Counted from the first letter of the stretch, positions 1-11,751 are shown. The stretch is DNA of 64,000 nt from Octopus vulgaris (GCA_951406725.2 OX597815.1:199578001-199642000), one strand, 5' to 3'. Notes: a model not told the origin generated them from the sequence alone. Numbers and translations: made by a program.

Positions 1-450
1 TTCCAGAATGTTGCTAAAGTATTACTAGGTGTTAATTTTAACACCCAAGGGCACAAAAATGAGGGGAGACCTTTTAGTGACCGTCACAGCCACCCAAACT
101 ATTACTGACTGTAGATTTTAGCATCAATTTATGAGTCTACCCTTAACAGAGCCAGATACATGCCAAAAACAATCATTCTGATGGTTTACGGTCTGTTCAA
201 TGTCAAATTTCTTTTCATCAATGAACACCAGGTGGGGCAGTATGCCTTCAGCAATCTGATGCAGAAAAAGATGATTTCTCCCTGGTCTTATGGCTTTATA
301 AACTTGCATGAGTTCACGACAGTGGATCATCTTGTAGGGGGTGGGTACCGAGATCCTCCTTCAGCACTCAATACATCAATGTTTGACTTATTTTTTGCTG
401 TTGATTGCCAGGTGTTGAAGTCTTATTATTCTTTTAGCCAGACTCTTCTG
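1..450 (-). mobile_element. Decayed Tc1/mariner-superfamily (maT/DD37D-like) transposase fragment
   Basis: Minus strand reads ..HLVFIDEKKFDIEQTVNHQND.. (first catalytic D in the DEK motif) and, after a frameshift, ..QSVIVWVAVTVTKRSPLIFVPLGVKINT**YFSNILE; contains stops. Confidence 0.7.
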
Positions 451-458
451 ATGATATG

Positions 459-700
459 GGCACAGGAGTGACTGTGTGGTAAGCATGGTGCAGGAGTGGC
501 TGTGTGGTAAGTAGCTTGCTGACCAACCACATGGTTCCGGGTTCAGTTTCACTGCATAGCACTTTGGGCAAGTGTCTTCTACTGTAGCCTTGGTCAGCTT
601 GTGGCTATGATAGAAGACACTTGTCCAGGATGTCACATGGTGAAACTGAACCCAGAACTGTGTAGTTGGGAAGCAAACATCTTACCATACAGCCACGCCT
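459..700 (+). mobile_element. Partial tRNA-derived SINE (family A) with duplicated head
   Basis: A-box-like TGGCTGTGTGG, B-box-like GGTTCAGTTTC, then ttgggcaagtgtcttctac; same sequence as the full copies at 3745, 13016 and 41772. Confidence 0.75.
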
Positions 701-744
701 GGTACTTTGATAAGCTGAGAGGTCCACACACACCATGTCAATCA

Positions 745-1915
745 GTTGTGGAACCAATCTCTTGAAATTTCTTTTTCAAATTGCAAGACAGTGTGTCAGA
801 GAAAATTGTGATGTGGCAGGAGAGAAATGTGTTCGCATGGATGATGGTTCACTTGCAGTTAGTAATTCTGCATAGGAGTAGGCTTGGAAGTGCCACTATG
901 GAAGGGTGATAAATATAGAGAATGCATGGGAGAAGGAGAGCCTTCTTAATGTGGACTCAACAGAGGGGCCGGCTATTCAAATCAACTGTAGATTAGTAGA
1001 TAAAGCAATTGAGGATATGAAGACAGAGAAAACCTCCGGCCTCTCAGGAACCACTGCTGCAATGCTTAAAATATCTGGTGGAGTGAGATATGACTTGGTC
1101 ACCCATATTGTTCATCAGGTTGTTCATGAGGAAATCATACCCAATGATTGGTGCAGCAGTATTATAGTCAACTGCTACAAAGGCAAAGGTGATGGTCTAG
1201 ACAGAAATAATCACAGAGGCATCAAATTACTGGACCAGGTGATGGAAGTTGCAGAAAGGGTCATAGCTCAAATAGAAAGCGAGTTAGCATAGATGAAGTG
1301 CAGTTTGGTTTTGTACCAGAGAGAAGCACCACAGATGCTATCTTCCTGGTGAGGCAACTGCAGGAGAAATACTTGGTCAAAAATAAACCTCTGTATCAGG
1401 CTTTGGTTGACATGGAGAAAGCCATTGACAGGGTCCTCTGGCCCCATTTATTTGGTGGGCAATGTGGAAGCAAGGGATAGATGAGTGGTTAGTGAGAGCT
1501 GTACAAGCCATGTACAGGGATGCTGCTAGGTGAGAGTTGTCAATGAGTATAATGAGGAGTTTAGTATACAAGTAGGAGTCTACCAGGGTTCAGTTCTTAG
1601 CCCCCTCTTATTTATCATGCTATAAATGAGGAATTTAAGACTGGTTGCCATTGGGAGCTCCTCTACGCTGATGATCTTGTTCTTAATGCTGAATCACTAC
1701 CAGAATTAGAGAAGAAATTTCAGGTATGGATGCATGGAGTGGAATCAAAGAGCCGTAGAGCTAATTTGTAAGAAAAAGACAGAACGCAGAACCCTTCAGG
1801 GAGATGGCCCTGCTTAATATGTAGTTAAGCTGTCAGGAGAAACTCCATAAGGTGTGCCCAATGTAAGCTATGGACATGCAGGAGATGCAGTGGTATCACT
1901 GGAAGACTAACAGAG
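745..1915 (+). mobile_element. Decayed RTE-clade LINE reverse transcriptase (continues at 2770-2960 and 3227-3267)
   Basis: Motifs IPNDWCSSIIVNCYKGKGD..NHRGIKLL, QFGFVPERSTTDAIF..LQEKY..DMEKAIDRV, GVYQGSVLSPLLF, LLYADDLV; later VVDSFCYLGD..RIRKSWMKFRELLP; many stops and frameshifts. Confidence 0.9.
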
Positions 1916-1973
1916 AAAAAAAAACAGAATAGGAAAAAAAGGGAAGCTGCACATATATGTAACTTAGAAGCAG

Positions 1974-2433
1974 TGCTATGGATGTACCAGCGCTACGGAT
2001 GTACCAGCGCTACGGATGTACCAGCGCTACGGATGTACCAGCGCTACGGATGTACCGGCGCTACGGATGTACCGGCGCTACGGATGTACCGGCGCTACGG
2101 ATGTACCGGCGCTACGGATGTACCGGCGCTACGGATGTACCGGCGCTACGGATGTACCGGCGCTACGGATGTACCGGCGCTACGGATGTACCGGCGCTAC
2201 GGATGTACCGGCGCTACAGATGTACCAGCGCTACGGATGTACCAGCGCTACGGATGTACCAGCGCTACGGATGTACCAGCGCTGCGGATGTACCAGTGCT
2301 ACAGATGTACCAGTGCTACGGATGTACCAGCGCTACGGATGTACCAGCGCTACGGATGTACCAGCGCCACGGATGTACCAGCGCTACGGATGTACCAGTG
2401 CTATGGATGTACCAGCGCTATGGATGTACCAGC
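1974..2433. repeat. 17-bp minisatellite (GGATGTACC[A/G]GCGCTAC), about 27 copies
   Basis: Directly visible tandem array; the 17-aa periodicity of the three + strand ORFs equals 3 units. Confidence 0.95.
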
Positions 2434-2960
2434 ACAGCCGAGATTGAAACATGGCCGACCTTATACAATTCTTATGAGGAATTCCGGAAGGAGCTTCGTG
2501 AAACCACTGCTGAGACACTTCCAAAAAAGAAATAAGAAGACTCATTGGAAAACTGATTATAGCAGCGACTCCACATAAAAATATCTGAAGAAGGAATTTT
2601 ATTCCGAAATATCATCAGACTATGGATGACTAAATTGCAACAGGTATATAGCCCATTGTTTGTATTTTAGTACATTGTTGTAGCATTCAAAACTTTTTAT
2701 TCTTTACAAACAATACGCAATGCTTCAAGTGAACTACAATACTTTCCTAGAGAAAGTAACTTTTACATGTAGCAGATGTATAGATACATTAAACACCAGG
2801 AATGTCCAAATATAGACTCCCTCAAATGTCAGTGGCTATCCTTAGAAGTGGTAGATAGTTTCTGTTACTTAGGTGACCAAGTTAGTAGTGGGGGAGGTTG
2901 TTCCGAAAGCATAGCTGTCAGAATAAGAAAAAGCTGGATGAAGTTCAGAGAGTTACTACC

Positions 2961-3226
2961 TGTGCAGGTGGCACATAAAAAATACCATTTGAGCGTGGCA
3001 ATTGCCAGTACTGCCTGACTGGCCCTCGTGCCAGTGGCAAGTAAAAAGCACCCACTACACTCTCGGAGTGGTTGGCATTAGGAAGGGCATCCAGCTGTAG
3101 AAACTCTCCCAGATCAGATTGGAGCCTGGTGCAGCCATCTGGTTCGCCAGTCCTCAGTCAAATCGTCCAACCCATGCTAGCATGGAAAGCGGACATTAAA
3201 TGATGATGATGATGATGATGATGATG
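2961..3226 (+). mobile_element. 5'-truncated RTE 3' tail (family B) with (GAT)n end
   Basis: gtggca.gtaaaaagcacc..ggcattaggaagggcatccagctgtagaaa..ccaacccatgctagcatggaaa..(gat)n; matches the 3' end of the RTE fragment at 7303-8148. Confidence 0.85.
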
Positions 3227-3348
3227 TTAGTAACAAAGAGCCTCTCCTTCAGAATAAAAGGCAGGTTTCCATCCACTGAATTCATACAAGTGATCTTACA
3301 GGTGTTGAAATCCTATTATTTTTTTAGCCGGACTCTTCTGATGATATG

Positions 3349-3597
3349 GGCACAGGAGTGACTGTGTGGTAAGCAAGGTGCAGGAGTGGCTGTGTGGTAA
3401 GTAGCTTGCTTACCAACCACATGGTTCCGGGTTCAGTGTCAGTGCATAGCACTTTGGGCAAGTGTCTTCTACTGCAGCCTTGGTCAGCTTGTGGCTATGA
3501 TAAAAGACACTTGTCCAGGGTGCCACACGGTGAAACTGAACCCAGAACTGTGTGGTTGGGAAGCAAACATCGTACCACACAGCCACGCCTGTGCCTA
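3349..3597 (+). mobile_element. Partial SINE family A with duplicated head
   Basis: Near-identical to 459-700. Confidence 0.75.
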
Positions 3598-3744
3598 TAG
3601 AAATGGACAACCTCTTAGAAGAAACAGGCTGCATGAGACATGGTTCATTATCTGCAAGGGTGCACAACCAAAATAGTCAAGATAATTTTTCAGTGGGCAT
3701 GCCATTCAGAAAATCTTACAAATCACAGTTTGCTTAACGTCTGA

Positions 3745-4146
3745 TTTACTCTTTTCTTTCTGTCATTTGACTGCGGCCATGCTGGAGCAGCGCCTTTAAT
3801 CGAATAACTCAACCCTGGGACTTATTCTTTTGTAAGCCCAGTACTTATTCTATCGGTCTCTTTTGCCGAACCACTAAGTAACGGGGACATAAACACACCA
3901 GCATCGGTTGTCAAGCAATGCTAGGGGGACAAACACAGACACACAAACACACACACGCATATATATATATACATACATACGACGGGCTTCTTTCAGTTTC
4001 CATCTACCAAATCCACTCACAAGGCTTTGGTCGGCCCGAGACTATAAGTAGAAGACACTTGCCCAAGGTGCCACGCAGTGGGACTGAACCCGGAACCATG
4101 TGGTTGGTCAGCAAACTACTTACCACACAGCCACTCCTGCGCCTAT
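3745..4146 (-). mobile_element. Full-length tRNA-derived SINE (family A)
   Basis: Minus strand: tRNA-like head with A/B boxes, internal (TG/TA)n tract, 3' ..gctccagcatggccgcagtcaaatgac..; several copies in the window. Confidence 0.85.
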
Positions 4147-4184
4147 TTATGACATGATGTCTTAATAGTTGGTTAGTATATGTT

Positions 4185-4648
4185 CATGGGCCCGGGAGCA
4201 GGGGGTGCAGGCGGTGCAAGTGCACCCCCTAGAATTTTTGTGAAGTGCAGAACCAAAATTTGCAGCCCTACTTATTTTCTTCGGGTTTAGAAAACAGTAA
4301 ATAAAAAGTGATGTGTAAAAAATAGCTTGAAGTTAGGTTCCTTCTCAAAGAACAAAACAAAAATAGCAAAAAAAAAAAGACCTTCATCATCATCATCATC
4401 GTTTATCGTCCGCTTTCCATGCTAGCATGGGTTGGACGGTTCAACTGGGGTCTGGGAAGCCTGAAGGCTGCACCAGGCCAGTCAGATCTGGCAGTGTTTC
4501 TACAGCTGGATGCCCTTCCTAACGCCAACCACTCCATGAGTGTAGTGGGTGCTTTTTATGTGCCACCGACACAGGTGCCAAACTTGTTTGTAAATATTTT
4601 TGGACCTGGGTTTGCACCCCGTAAGCAAATTTCATTCCCGAGCCAGTG
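4185..4648. mobile_element. hAT-type MITE containing a nested family B tail (about 4385-4580, minus)
   Basis: 8-bp TSD TATATGTT at 4177-4184 and 4649-4656; imperfect TIRs CATGGGCCCGGGA / TCCCGAGCCAGTG; subterminal gcacccc motifs. Confidence 0.75.
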
Positions 4649-4945
4649 TATATGTTATTTGTTTATCATAACAGTTTCTGGATATGTTCGTGTTATACAG
4701 CAGTAAATGTGTTTAGAGTGCATCTATGTTGATTAGTGTAACTTATGTCGTTTACATCAATTTAATTTTAATCTATTTTTTTTATAGGTGTTAATTATTG
4801 TTTATTGATCTGGATAAGTATTGATTTTGTTATATGTTTAATTAAATTTCTGCATTAAAATGCAATTGGGTTATAGGTGGCAACTAATTAATTATGATCC
4901 GGATGCAAACTATTAGGTTTGCTTATTGCCAAGCAGCGTTCGATT

Positions 4946-5390
4946 ATCATCATCATCATCATTCATTTAGCATCCGTTTTCCATGCTAGCATGGGTTGGA
5001 CGGTTCAACTGAGGTCTGGGAAGCCAGAAGGCTGCACCAGGCCCAGTCTGATCTGGCAATGTTTCTACGGCTGGATGCCCTTCCTAACGCCAACCACTCC
5101 GTGAGTGTAGTGGGTGCTTTTTACGTGCCACCAGCACAGGTGCCAGATGGGGCTGGCAAATGGCCACGGATGGATGGTGCTTTTTACATGCCACCGGCAT
5201 GGGAGCCAGGCGAGGCTGGCAACAGCCACGATCGGATGGTGCTTTTTACGTGCCACCGGCACGGAGGCCAGTCGGGGCGTTGCTGGCAACAGCCACGATT
5301 GGATGGTTCACTTACATGCCACCGGCACTGGTATCACAGCTGCAATTTCCATTGATGCTGATCGACTTCGATTTTGGTTCTGATTTCTGA
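4946..5390 (-). mobile_element. RTE 3' tail (family B)
   Basis: (CAT)n start, reverse complement of the family B tail with internal tandem units. Confidence 0.85.
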
Positions 5391-5635
5391 TTACGTGTTT
5401 CTAAACCTGTTTGAGATTGATGGAAGTAGTGAATCTTGCTTACAGGTGTTGAAATCCTATTGTTCTTTTAGCCGGACTCTTCTGATGATATGGGCACAGG
5501 AGTGACTGTGTGGTACGCAAGGTGCAGGAGCGGCTGTGTGGTAAGTAGCTTGCTTACCAACTACGTGGTTCCGGGTTCAGTTCCACTGCGTGGCACCTTG
5601 TCTTCTACTGTAGCCTTGGGCCAACCAAAGCCTGT

Positions 5636-5826
5636 GAATTTTCTTTGTTCAATATTGACTCACCTAGTTCAAATTGGTAAAGTGAAAAAGTTGGATAAGT
5701 GGGTTCCACATGAACTCGATGAAAATCAGAAACAGCAATGTTTGGAAACCTGCATTATGCTACTTTCTTGTCACAAAAATGAATCATTTTTGAATCGAAT
5801 TGTAACATGTGATGAGAAATGGATCT
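5636..5826 (+). mobile_element. Mariner (DD34D) transposase fragment
   Basis: HLVQIGKVKKLDKWVPHELDENQK..FLNRIVTCDEKWI: the diagnostic WVPHEL and TxDEKW motifs. Confidence 0.9.
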
Positions 5827-5839
5827 AATATTTAGCTTG

Positions 5840-6400
5840 ATATTAAGCAACAACTACCCCAAAAGCATACTCTCCACTCCAATTATGAAGAAAAGAGAGG
5901 ATGAAACCAATAAACTGTCCACAGTTTGTCTACCTTATGTGAAAGGCCTCTTCAAAAAGATACAAAAGATATGTGACCCATGTGACAGTAGGACAGTAGT
6001 CAAGAGTAATACAACACTTTGCAAATATCTCCTTCGAGTAAAATAAACAATAGAAGAGAATATGACCAAAGACTTTGTGCACTCCATCCCATGCAGCTGT
6101 GGTAGGTTATATAAAGGCGAAACATGCTGCCCCCTCAAAATAAGGGCAGAGGAACATCACAAAGCTGTGACACGAGGGGATATTGATAAATCGGGTATAG
6201 CTGATCCTGTATGGAAAAATGGAGACCACCTCCCCCTGTAGGATGAAATTAAAATAATAGACTGAGAAAACTACTGGAAAATACGAAAACTAAAGGAAGC
6301 AGCACATATACTAGGACACAACAACCTCCTAAGCAGACCGAGTGAAGATATGAACAGCATATCGGGACCGGTATTAAGGAAGGATAGGAGAATAGTAGAT
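5840..6400 (+). mobile_element. Decayed Penelope-like element C-terminus (GIY-YIG endonuclease)
   Basis: VCLPYVKGL..KSNTTL..FVHSIPCSCGRLYKGET..LKIRAEEH..KSGIAD..RKLKEAAHI, a degenerate GIY-YIG domain with stops. Confidence 0.75.
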
Positions 6401-6434
6401 TTATAAGCTCTAAAATTCACTCCATAAGTGCCAT

Positions 6435-6505
6435 AGGCATATGGCGTTGTGGTTAAGAAAGCAGGCTACTATCCACAAGATTCTGAGTTCGATTTCAGGC
6501 AGTGT
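6435..6505 (+). promoter_or_regulatory. tRNA-like Pol III promoter segment downstream of the PLE ORF
   Basis: A-box-like TGGCGTTGTGG (6442-6452) and B-box-like GAGTTCGATTTC (6485-6496) at tRNA spacing; no intact cloverleaf. Confidence 0.55.
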
Positions 6506-6511
6506 CTTGAA

Positions 6512-6821
6512 TCATCATCATCATTGTTTAACGCCCGCTTTCCATGCTAGCATGGGTTGGACAGTTCAACTGGGGTCTGGGAAGCCCGAAGGCTGCACCA
6601 GGCCAGTCAGATCTGGCAGTGTTTCTACAGCTGGATGCTCTTCCTAACGCCAACCACTCCGTGAGTGTAGTGGGTGCTTTTTATGTGCCACCGGCACAGG
6701 TGCCAGATGGGGCTGGCAAATGGCCACGGATGGATGGTGCTTGTTACGTGCCACCAGCAGGGAGGCCAGTCGATGCGGCGCTGGCTACGGCCATGTTCAG
6801 ATGGTTCTCTTACGTGCCACC
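6512..6821 (-). mobile_element. RTE 3' tail (family B) inserted into the PLE 3' region
   Basis: (CAT)n plus family B reverse complement. Confidence 0.85.
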
Positions 6822-6866
6822 GAAAAATACATTAGGCATGAGAACCCAGGTTCGAAATTTCTCGAA

Positions 6867-6912
6867 GACACCTGATGAAGGCTGGAAGATATATCAGCCA
6901 AAACATTGTGTT
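6867..6912 (+). ncRNA. Degenerate minimal type I hammerhead ribozyme
   Basis: Stem I GACAC/GTGTT; CTGATGA(A) core; stem II GGCTG/CAGCC; AAAACATT in place of GAAACGTT (two CpG-type G>A changes). Confidence 0.65.
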
Positions 6913-7112
6913 AACAACAAACAAGATGAGGACAAATATCCGTCAGTTGTAAATAATGTACAATAATGGCATTGAATAATCACAACACCCATATTGTAAT
7001 TTTAATATAAATTTACCACTATGGTACTTTAGTATGCTGGCCACTGATAAATCATTAAATAATGACTTTATCTTAATTATGTGTATATATATATTTATAT
7101 ATATATATATAT

Positions 7113-7183
7113 ATCAAAATAAGCAACAAGGATAGCCAGAGGTAATGCAGTTACTTTTGGATATCCTTGTTGCTTATTTTGAT
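7113..7183. repeat. Imperfect inverted repeat, 33-bp arms, next to (TA)n
   Basis: atcaaaataagcaacaaggata..ggtaa / ttac..tatccttgttgcttattttgat. Confidence 0.8.
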
Positions 7184-7302
7184 TATAATCACCTTATTTT
7201 GAAATTGTATGGATAATACCATACTAAATTCTGGTGCCTCAACTTAACTACCATATTCATCTAAATCTATATGTATATATGTATGTATATATGTATATAT
7301 AA

Positions 7303-8146
7303 TCAGATGTGGTGTGCAAGAGAGACGTTTGCGCTGGTATGGACATGTGGCGAGAATGGATGAAGATAGTAGTGTGAAAAAGTGCCACACCCTAGCGGTT
7401 GAGGGAACCTGTGGAAGAGGCAGACTCAGGAAAACCTGGGACGAGGTGGTGAAGCATGACCTTCGAACTTTAGGTCCCACTGAGGAAATGACTAGAGACT
7501 GAGACCTCTAGAAGTATGCTGTGCATGAGAAGACCCGGCAGGACAACTGAGACCATAACCCATGGCCTTCTATATGGGATGTAGCCAGTCCACTTATGCA
7601 TACCTTCCCTTCTTGGGACACAAAACTCTACTTGTGAAGACCTGTTGAGGCAAGTGAGAATCAGAATTGAAATCGATCAATGGAAATTGCAGCTGAGTTA
7701 CCAGTGTCGGTGGCACGTAAGAGAACCATCCGAATGTGGCCGTTGCCAGCGCCGCCCCGACTGGCCTCGTGCCGGTGGCACGTAAAAAGCACCATCCGTT
7801 CGTGGCCATTGCCAGTGCCGCCCCGACTGGCCTCGTGCAGGTGGCACGTAAAAAGCACCATCCGTTCGTGGGCGTTGCTAGCCTCACCTGGCCCCCGTGC
7901 TGGTGGCACATAAAAAGCACCATCCAATCGTGGCCGTTTGCCAGACTTGTCTGGCACATGTGCCGGTGGCACGTAAAAAGCACCCACTACACTCATGGAG
8001 TGGTTGGTGTTAGGAAGGGCACCCAGCCGTAGAAACATTGCCAGATCAAACTGGGCCTGGTGCAGCCTTCTGGCTTCCCAGACCCCAGTTGAACTGTCCA
8101 ACCCATGCTAGCATGGAAAACAGACGTTAAACGATGATGATGATGA

Positions 8147-8148
<2 letters not shown>
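7303..8148 (+). mobile_element. 5'-truncated RTE-clade LINE: ORF2 C-terminus, structured 3' UTR and (GAT)n tail
   Basis: VQERRLRWYGHVARMDEDSSVKKC..GRGRLRKTWDEVVKHDL; the UTR is the source of the family B fragments. Confidence 0.9.
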
Positions 8149-8232
<84 letters not shown>

Positions 8233-8389
8233 ATATGTATGTATTTACTTATTTATTTACATACATGCACACATATGTATTTATGCATGTATAAATGATA
8301 AATAAGTTTTAATTCGAGAAGATGAACTGAACAGGCATAATTACAGATCAAAAAGCAGCCATATGTGTATATGTCTCAGGGCAATCTGC

Positions 8390-8700
8390 AGTCTTCCCTA
8401 AAAGACAGAGAGTGTCTAATGTCTTCCTGTGTAACAAGTGTAAAATTGGTGGAATCAAGAGCTTCCTTAATCAGCCATAATTGCCTTGGGTTGGCCATGT
8501 CATCAGAATGAGTGACAAAAGAATATCCAAAGTCCTCATGTACAACTAACTTGACGGTGGGCACAGAATTGTTGGTTGGCCATGGCTCAGATATAAGGAC
8601 AAGCTGAGGAATAACTTCTCAGTAGTCAACATAGCTCACAACACCATTGAGCTAACAATGGAGATCATTATGTCGAAATGGTATGAGAGACTTTATTTCA
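8390..8700 (+). mobile_element. Old LINE (RTE-like) C-terminal remnant
   Basis: ..WVGHVIRMSDKRISKVLMY..GWPWLRYKDKLRNN-like segment. Confidence 0.55.
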
Positions 8701-8970
8701 ACCAGCATTAACAGGCTTAGGGGTGCAAGGCAAAGGAGAAAAGCAGCTACACTGCACCATTCTTTTACTTGTTTCAGTGATTTGACTGTGGCCATGCTGG
8801 AGCACCACTTTTAGCTGAACAAATCAACCCCAGGACTTATTTTTTGTAAGCCAAGCTCTTATTCTATCAGTCTCTTTTGCCGAACCACTAAGTTATGAGG
8901 GAGGTAATCACACCAACATCGGTGTCAAGCAATGGTGGGTGAACAAGCACAGACACACAAGCACATGCAT

Positions 8971-9188
<218 letters not shown>

Positions 9189-9250
9189 ACAAAACATTCA
9201 AACACTGAGATATGAAATCAGATGTCACTACTGTTCATATCATCTGTGGA

Positions 9251-9415
9251 TAAATTTTAAAATTGATGACATCAACAGCAACAACATAGGTGGATCACAG
9301 GTGCAATAGCATTAGATAGCTATGAATTATAAATTTTAAAATTGATGACATCAACAGCAACAACATAGGTGGATCACAGGTGCAATAGCATTAGATAGCT
9401 GTGAATTATAAATTT
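9251..9415. repeat. Tandem duplication, 79-bp period
   Basis: aaattttaaaattgatgacatcaacagc..tgaattat at 9252 and 9331. Confidence 0.9.
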
Positions 9416-10668
9416 GTACAAAGCGTAAGAATGCTTAACAAACATCCACTTGCTAGAAATAAGAGCTAAAGTCTTAAATTTTTAACCACCCTATAGTACC
9501 AAGATAACAGAGAAAAACAGTATGCGAGTAAAAGAGAAAGGATTAAAACATTTAACAGCACAAATAAAAATATTATGCAATTAGGGATATCCATATATAT
9601 ATATATATATAATAACAAATTAATAAATAAAACATATGCATATATACATACATATATGTACGTACCTACATCTACATGTATATATACATGCATATATGGG
9701 TACAGGACACCAAAAAAACATCGAACACAATGAGAAACGAAAACATAAACACAAAACCAAGGAAATGGACATTTTTCTTAAACACAGATGGAAAATTCCC
9801 CTTCTTCAGTCACCTCTGTTTCATCTACTCTGCGTTTCGAAGGTAAAGGCGAGACACGACTTCGTTGAAACATTCCTTCCCGCAAAAGGCAAATTAAATA
9901 AAATTTGAGATTTTTTTGCAGTGGGGTAAAAATGGTAACAAAAACAGGACAGTAAAGACAGTACAAAATATAAACAGTAAAATACAGGACAAGGAGAATA
10001 ACAGTAACACAGACATTGAGGGCTGTTAAGCCAAACGAGAGAAAATATTATTACGAACGCGTTTTGAGAACGGCAGAGAGAGACACAGGAAATATATACA
10101 TGGGCTTCTTTCAGTTTCTGTCAAACCAAATCTACTCACAAGGCCTTGGTCGACCTAAGGATATAGTAGAAGACACTTATCCAAGATATGATCCATTGAA
10201 CAGTAAAAAATTTAGAGAAATATTAGTTAAAGTATTTGACAAAAAGGAGGATCTAGAAACATATAATATGAAAGGCTAGAGGAAGTTCATACAAGACAGT
10301 CTGAGGGCTATAGCCCTGATGCAAAATTCTAACCAGACCAAGGGTGGCATGATGGTGGAACAGAGATGCAGATGGAGCCATAAAAACAATGAGATATGCC
10401 TGAGAAAGTTGGAATAATGGGAGCAGCAGAGAACTGTAACAGGTAGCTAGAAGTGACATTTGGTCATAGGTTTATTTAGCAAGGGGAACAGCAGAAAGTA
10501 AGAGGTTTGCCTATGTTTTGTAGCATCAGGTGTTCCAGATTGAAGTCAATGTATCAGAGAAAATTGAGGTCTTATGGGAAAGAAGTGTGCTTAGATGGAT
10601 AAAGGTACACTTACACTTAGGGGTTCTAAAAAGAAAGGTGTGGAAGTGATATTATGAAAGGCTGTTAA

Positions 10669-10888
10669 CCCTTTCATTACCAAACCGGCTGAAACCGCCT
10701 TTGGCTTTGAGTACAAATATCATGTTTTCATAAGTTTTGAAATAAAATCTTTCACCAAACCTTAGTCACAATTTATGTTCCTAACATTAGCTTAATGATA
10801 ACTAAGTTATTTTACTAAATTCTTTGTTATATTTAAAATAATTGAAGGAAACAGAGAGCATCTCAAAATAAATACAGTAATGAAAGGG
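10669..10888. mobile_element. piggyBac-type MITE
   Basis: Perfect 12-bp TIR CCCTTTCATTAC/GTAATGAAAGGG flanked by TTAA on both sides. Confidence 0.85.
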
Positions 10889-11259
10889 TTAAATATGGAG
10901 GATAAATGAGGAAAAGAAGTTTCCCAACAGGGACCCAGCAGAAGGACCAGCTATCCTACTTGACAGTAGTAATGATTGGGAAAGCAATTAAGGATATGAA
11001 GGCAAGGAAAATTCCTAGGCCATTCAAAATTGCTGTTGAGATGCTTAAAATTTCTGGTAAATTAGGACATAGCCAAATAACCCACATAGCTAAACAGATT
11101 GTATAGTAATGTGCCACATTTAATGACTGGCATAGCAGAATCATAATCAATTATTACAAGGGTAAAGAGATGGCTAAAAACGAAGAAATTGCAGTAATAT
11201 CAAACTGCTAGATCAGGTCATGAAAGTTACAGAAAAAGTTATAGTTTGATTATTTAGAG

Positions 11260-11460
11260 CAGTGCTTTTCAAACTTTTTGCTGGAGCGGAACCCCAAGGA
11301 AACATTCCACTGGCTTGAGGAACCCCTGTGCAATAATTTAATAGTCTTATGTACACATATCTGCACAGGAGAATTAAAAATTACTGCTGATTTTAGCAGT
11401 TTTGTAACTTCTTGCGGAACCCCTGGACTGTACTGGCGGAACCCTGGTTGAAAACCACTG
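11260..11460. mobile_element. hAT (Charlie-like) MITE
   Basis: TIR CAGTGCTTTTCAA / TTGAAAACCACTG; perfect 8-bp TSD ATTTAGAG (11252-11259, 11461-11468). Confidence 0.92.
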
Positions 11461-11751
11461 ATTTAGAGAGTTAGATTAGAGAAGATGCAGCTTAGTTTCA
11501 TCTGAGAGAAAAGTACTACAGATGCTTTATTCCTGGTGAGACCATTGCAGAAGTACCTGGTCCTTGTGATGGAGAAAGCTTTTAACTAGGTTGCTTGCTC
11601 TGTAGGCTGGTGGTCATTGACAAAGCTAAGGTTAGACAAATGACTTGTAAGAGCTGAACAAAACATGTGCAGATGTGCTCTCAATAAGGTCAGAATCAAC
11701 AGCGAGTACAGTGGCTCATTTTGTGAGTGGTTAGGAGTTCATCAGGGCTCA

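Noticed and set aside
1974-2433. CRISPR array or repeat-protein gene
   Set aside because: No unique spacers; eukaryotic context; the open frames follow trivially from a 17-bp unit lacking stop triplets
6435-6505. Functional tRNA gene (also the SINE heads)
   Set aside because: Only A/B boxes and a partial T arm; no complete acceptor stem
4419-8101. Recurrent ORFs containing LDALPNANHS..GAFYVPP
   Set aside because: Antisense readings of the non-coding RTE 3' tail; stops and frames differ among copies
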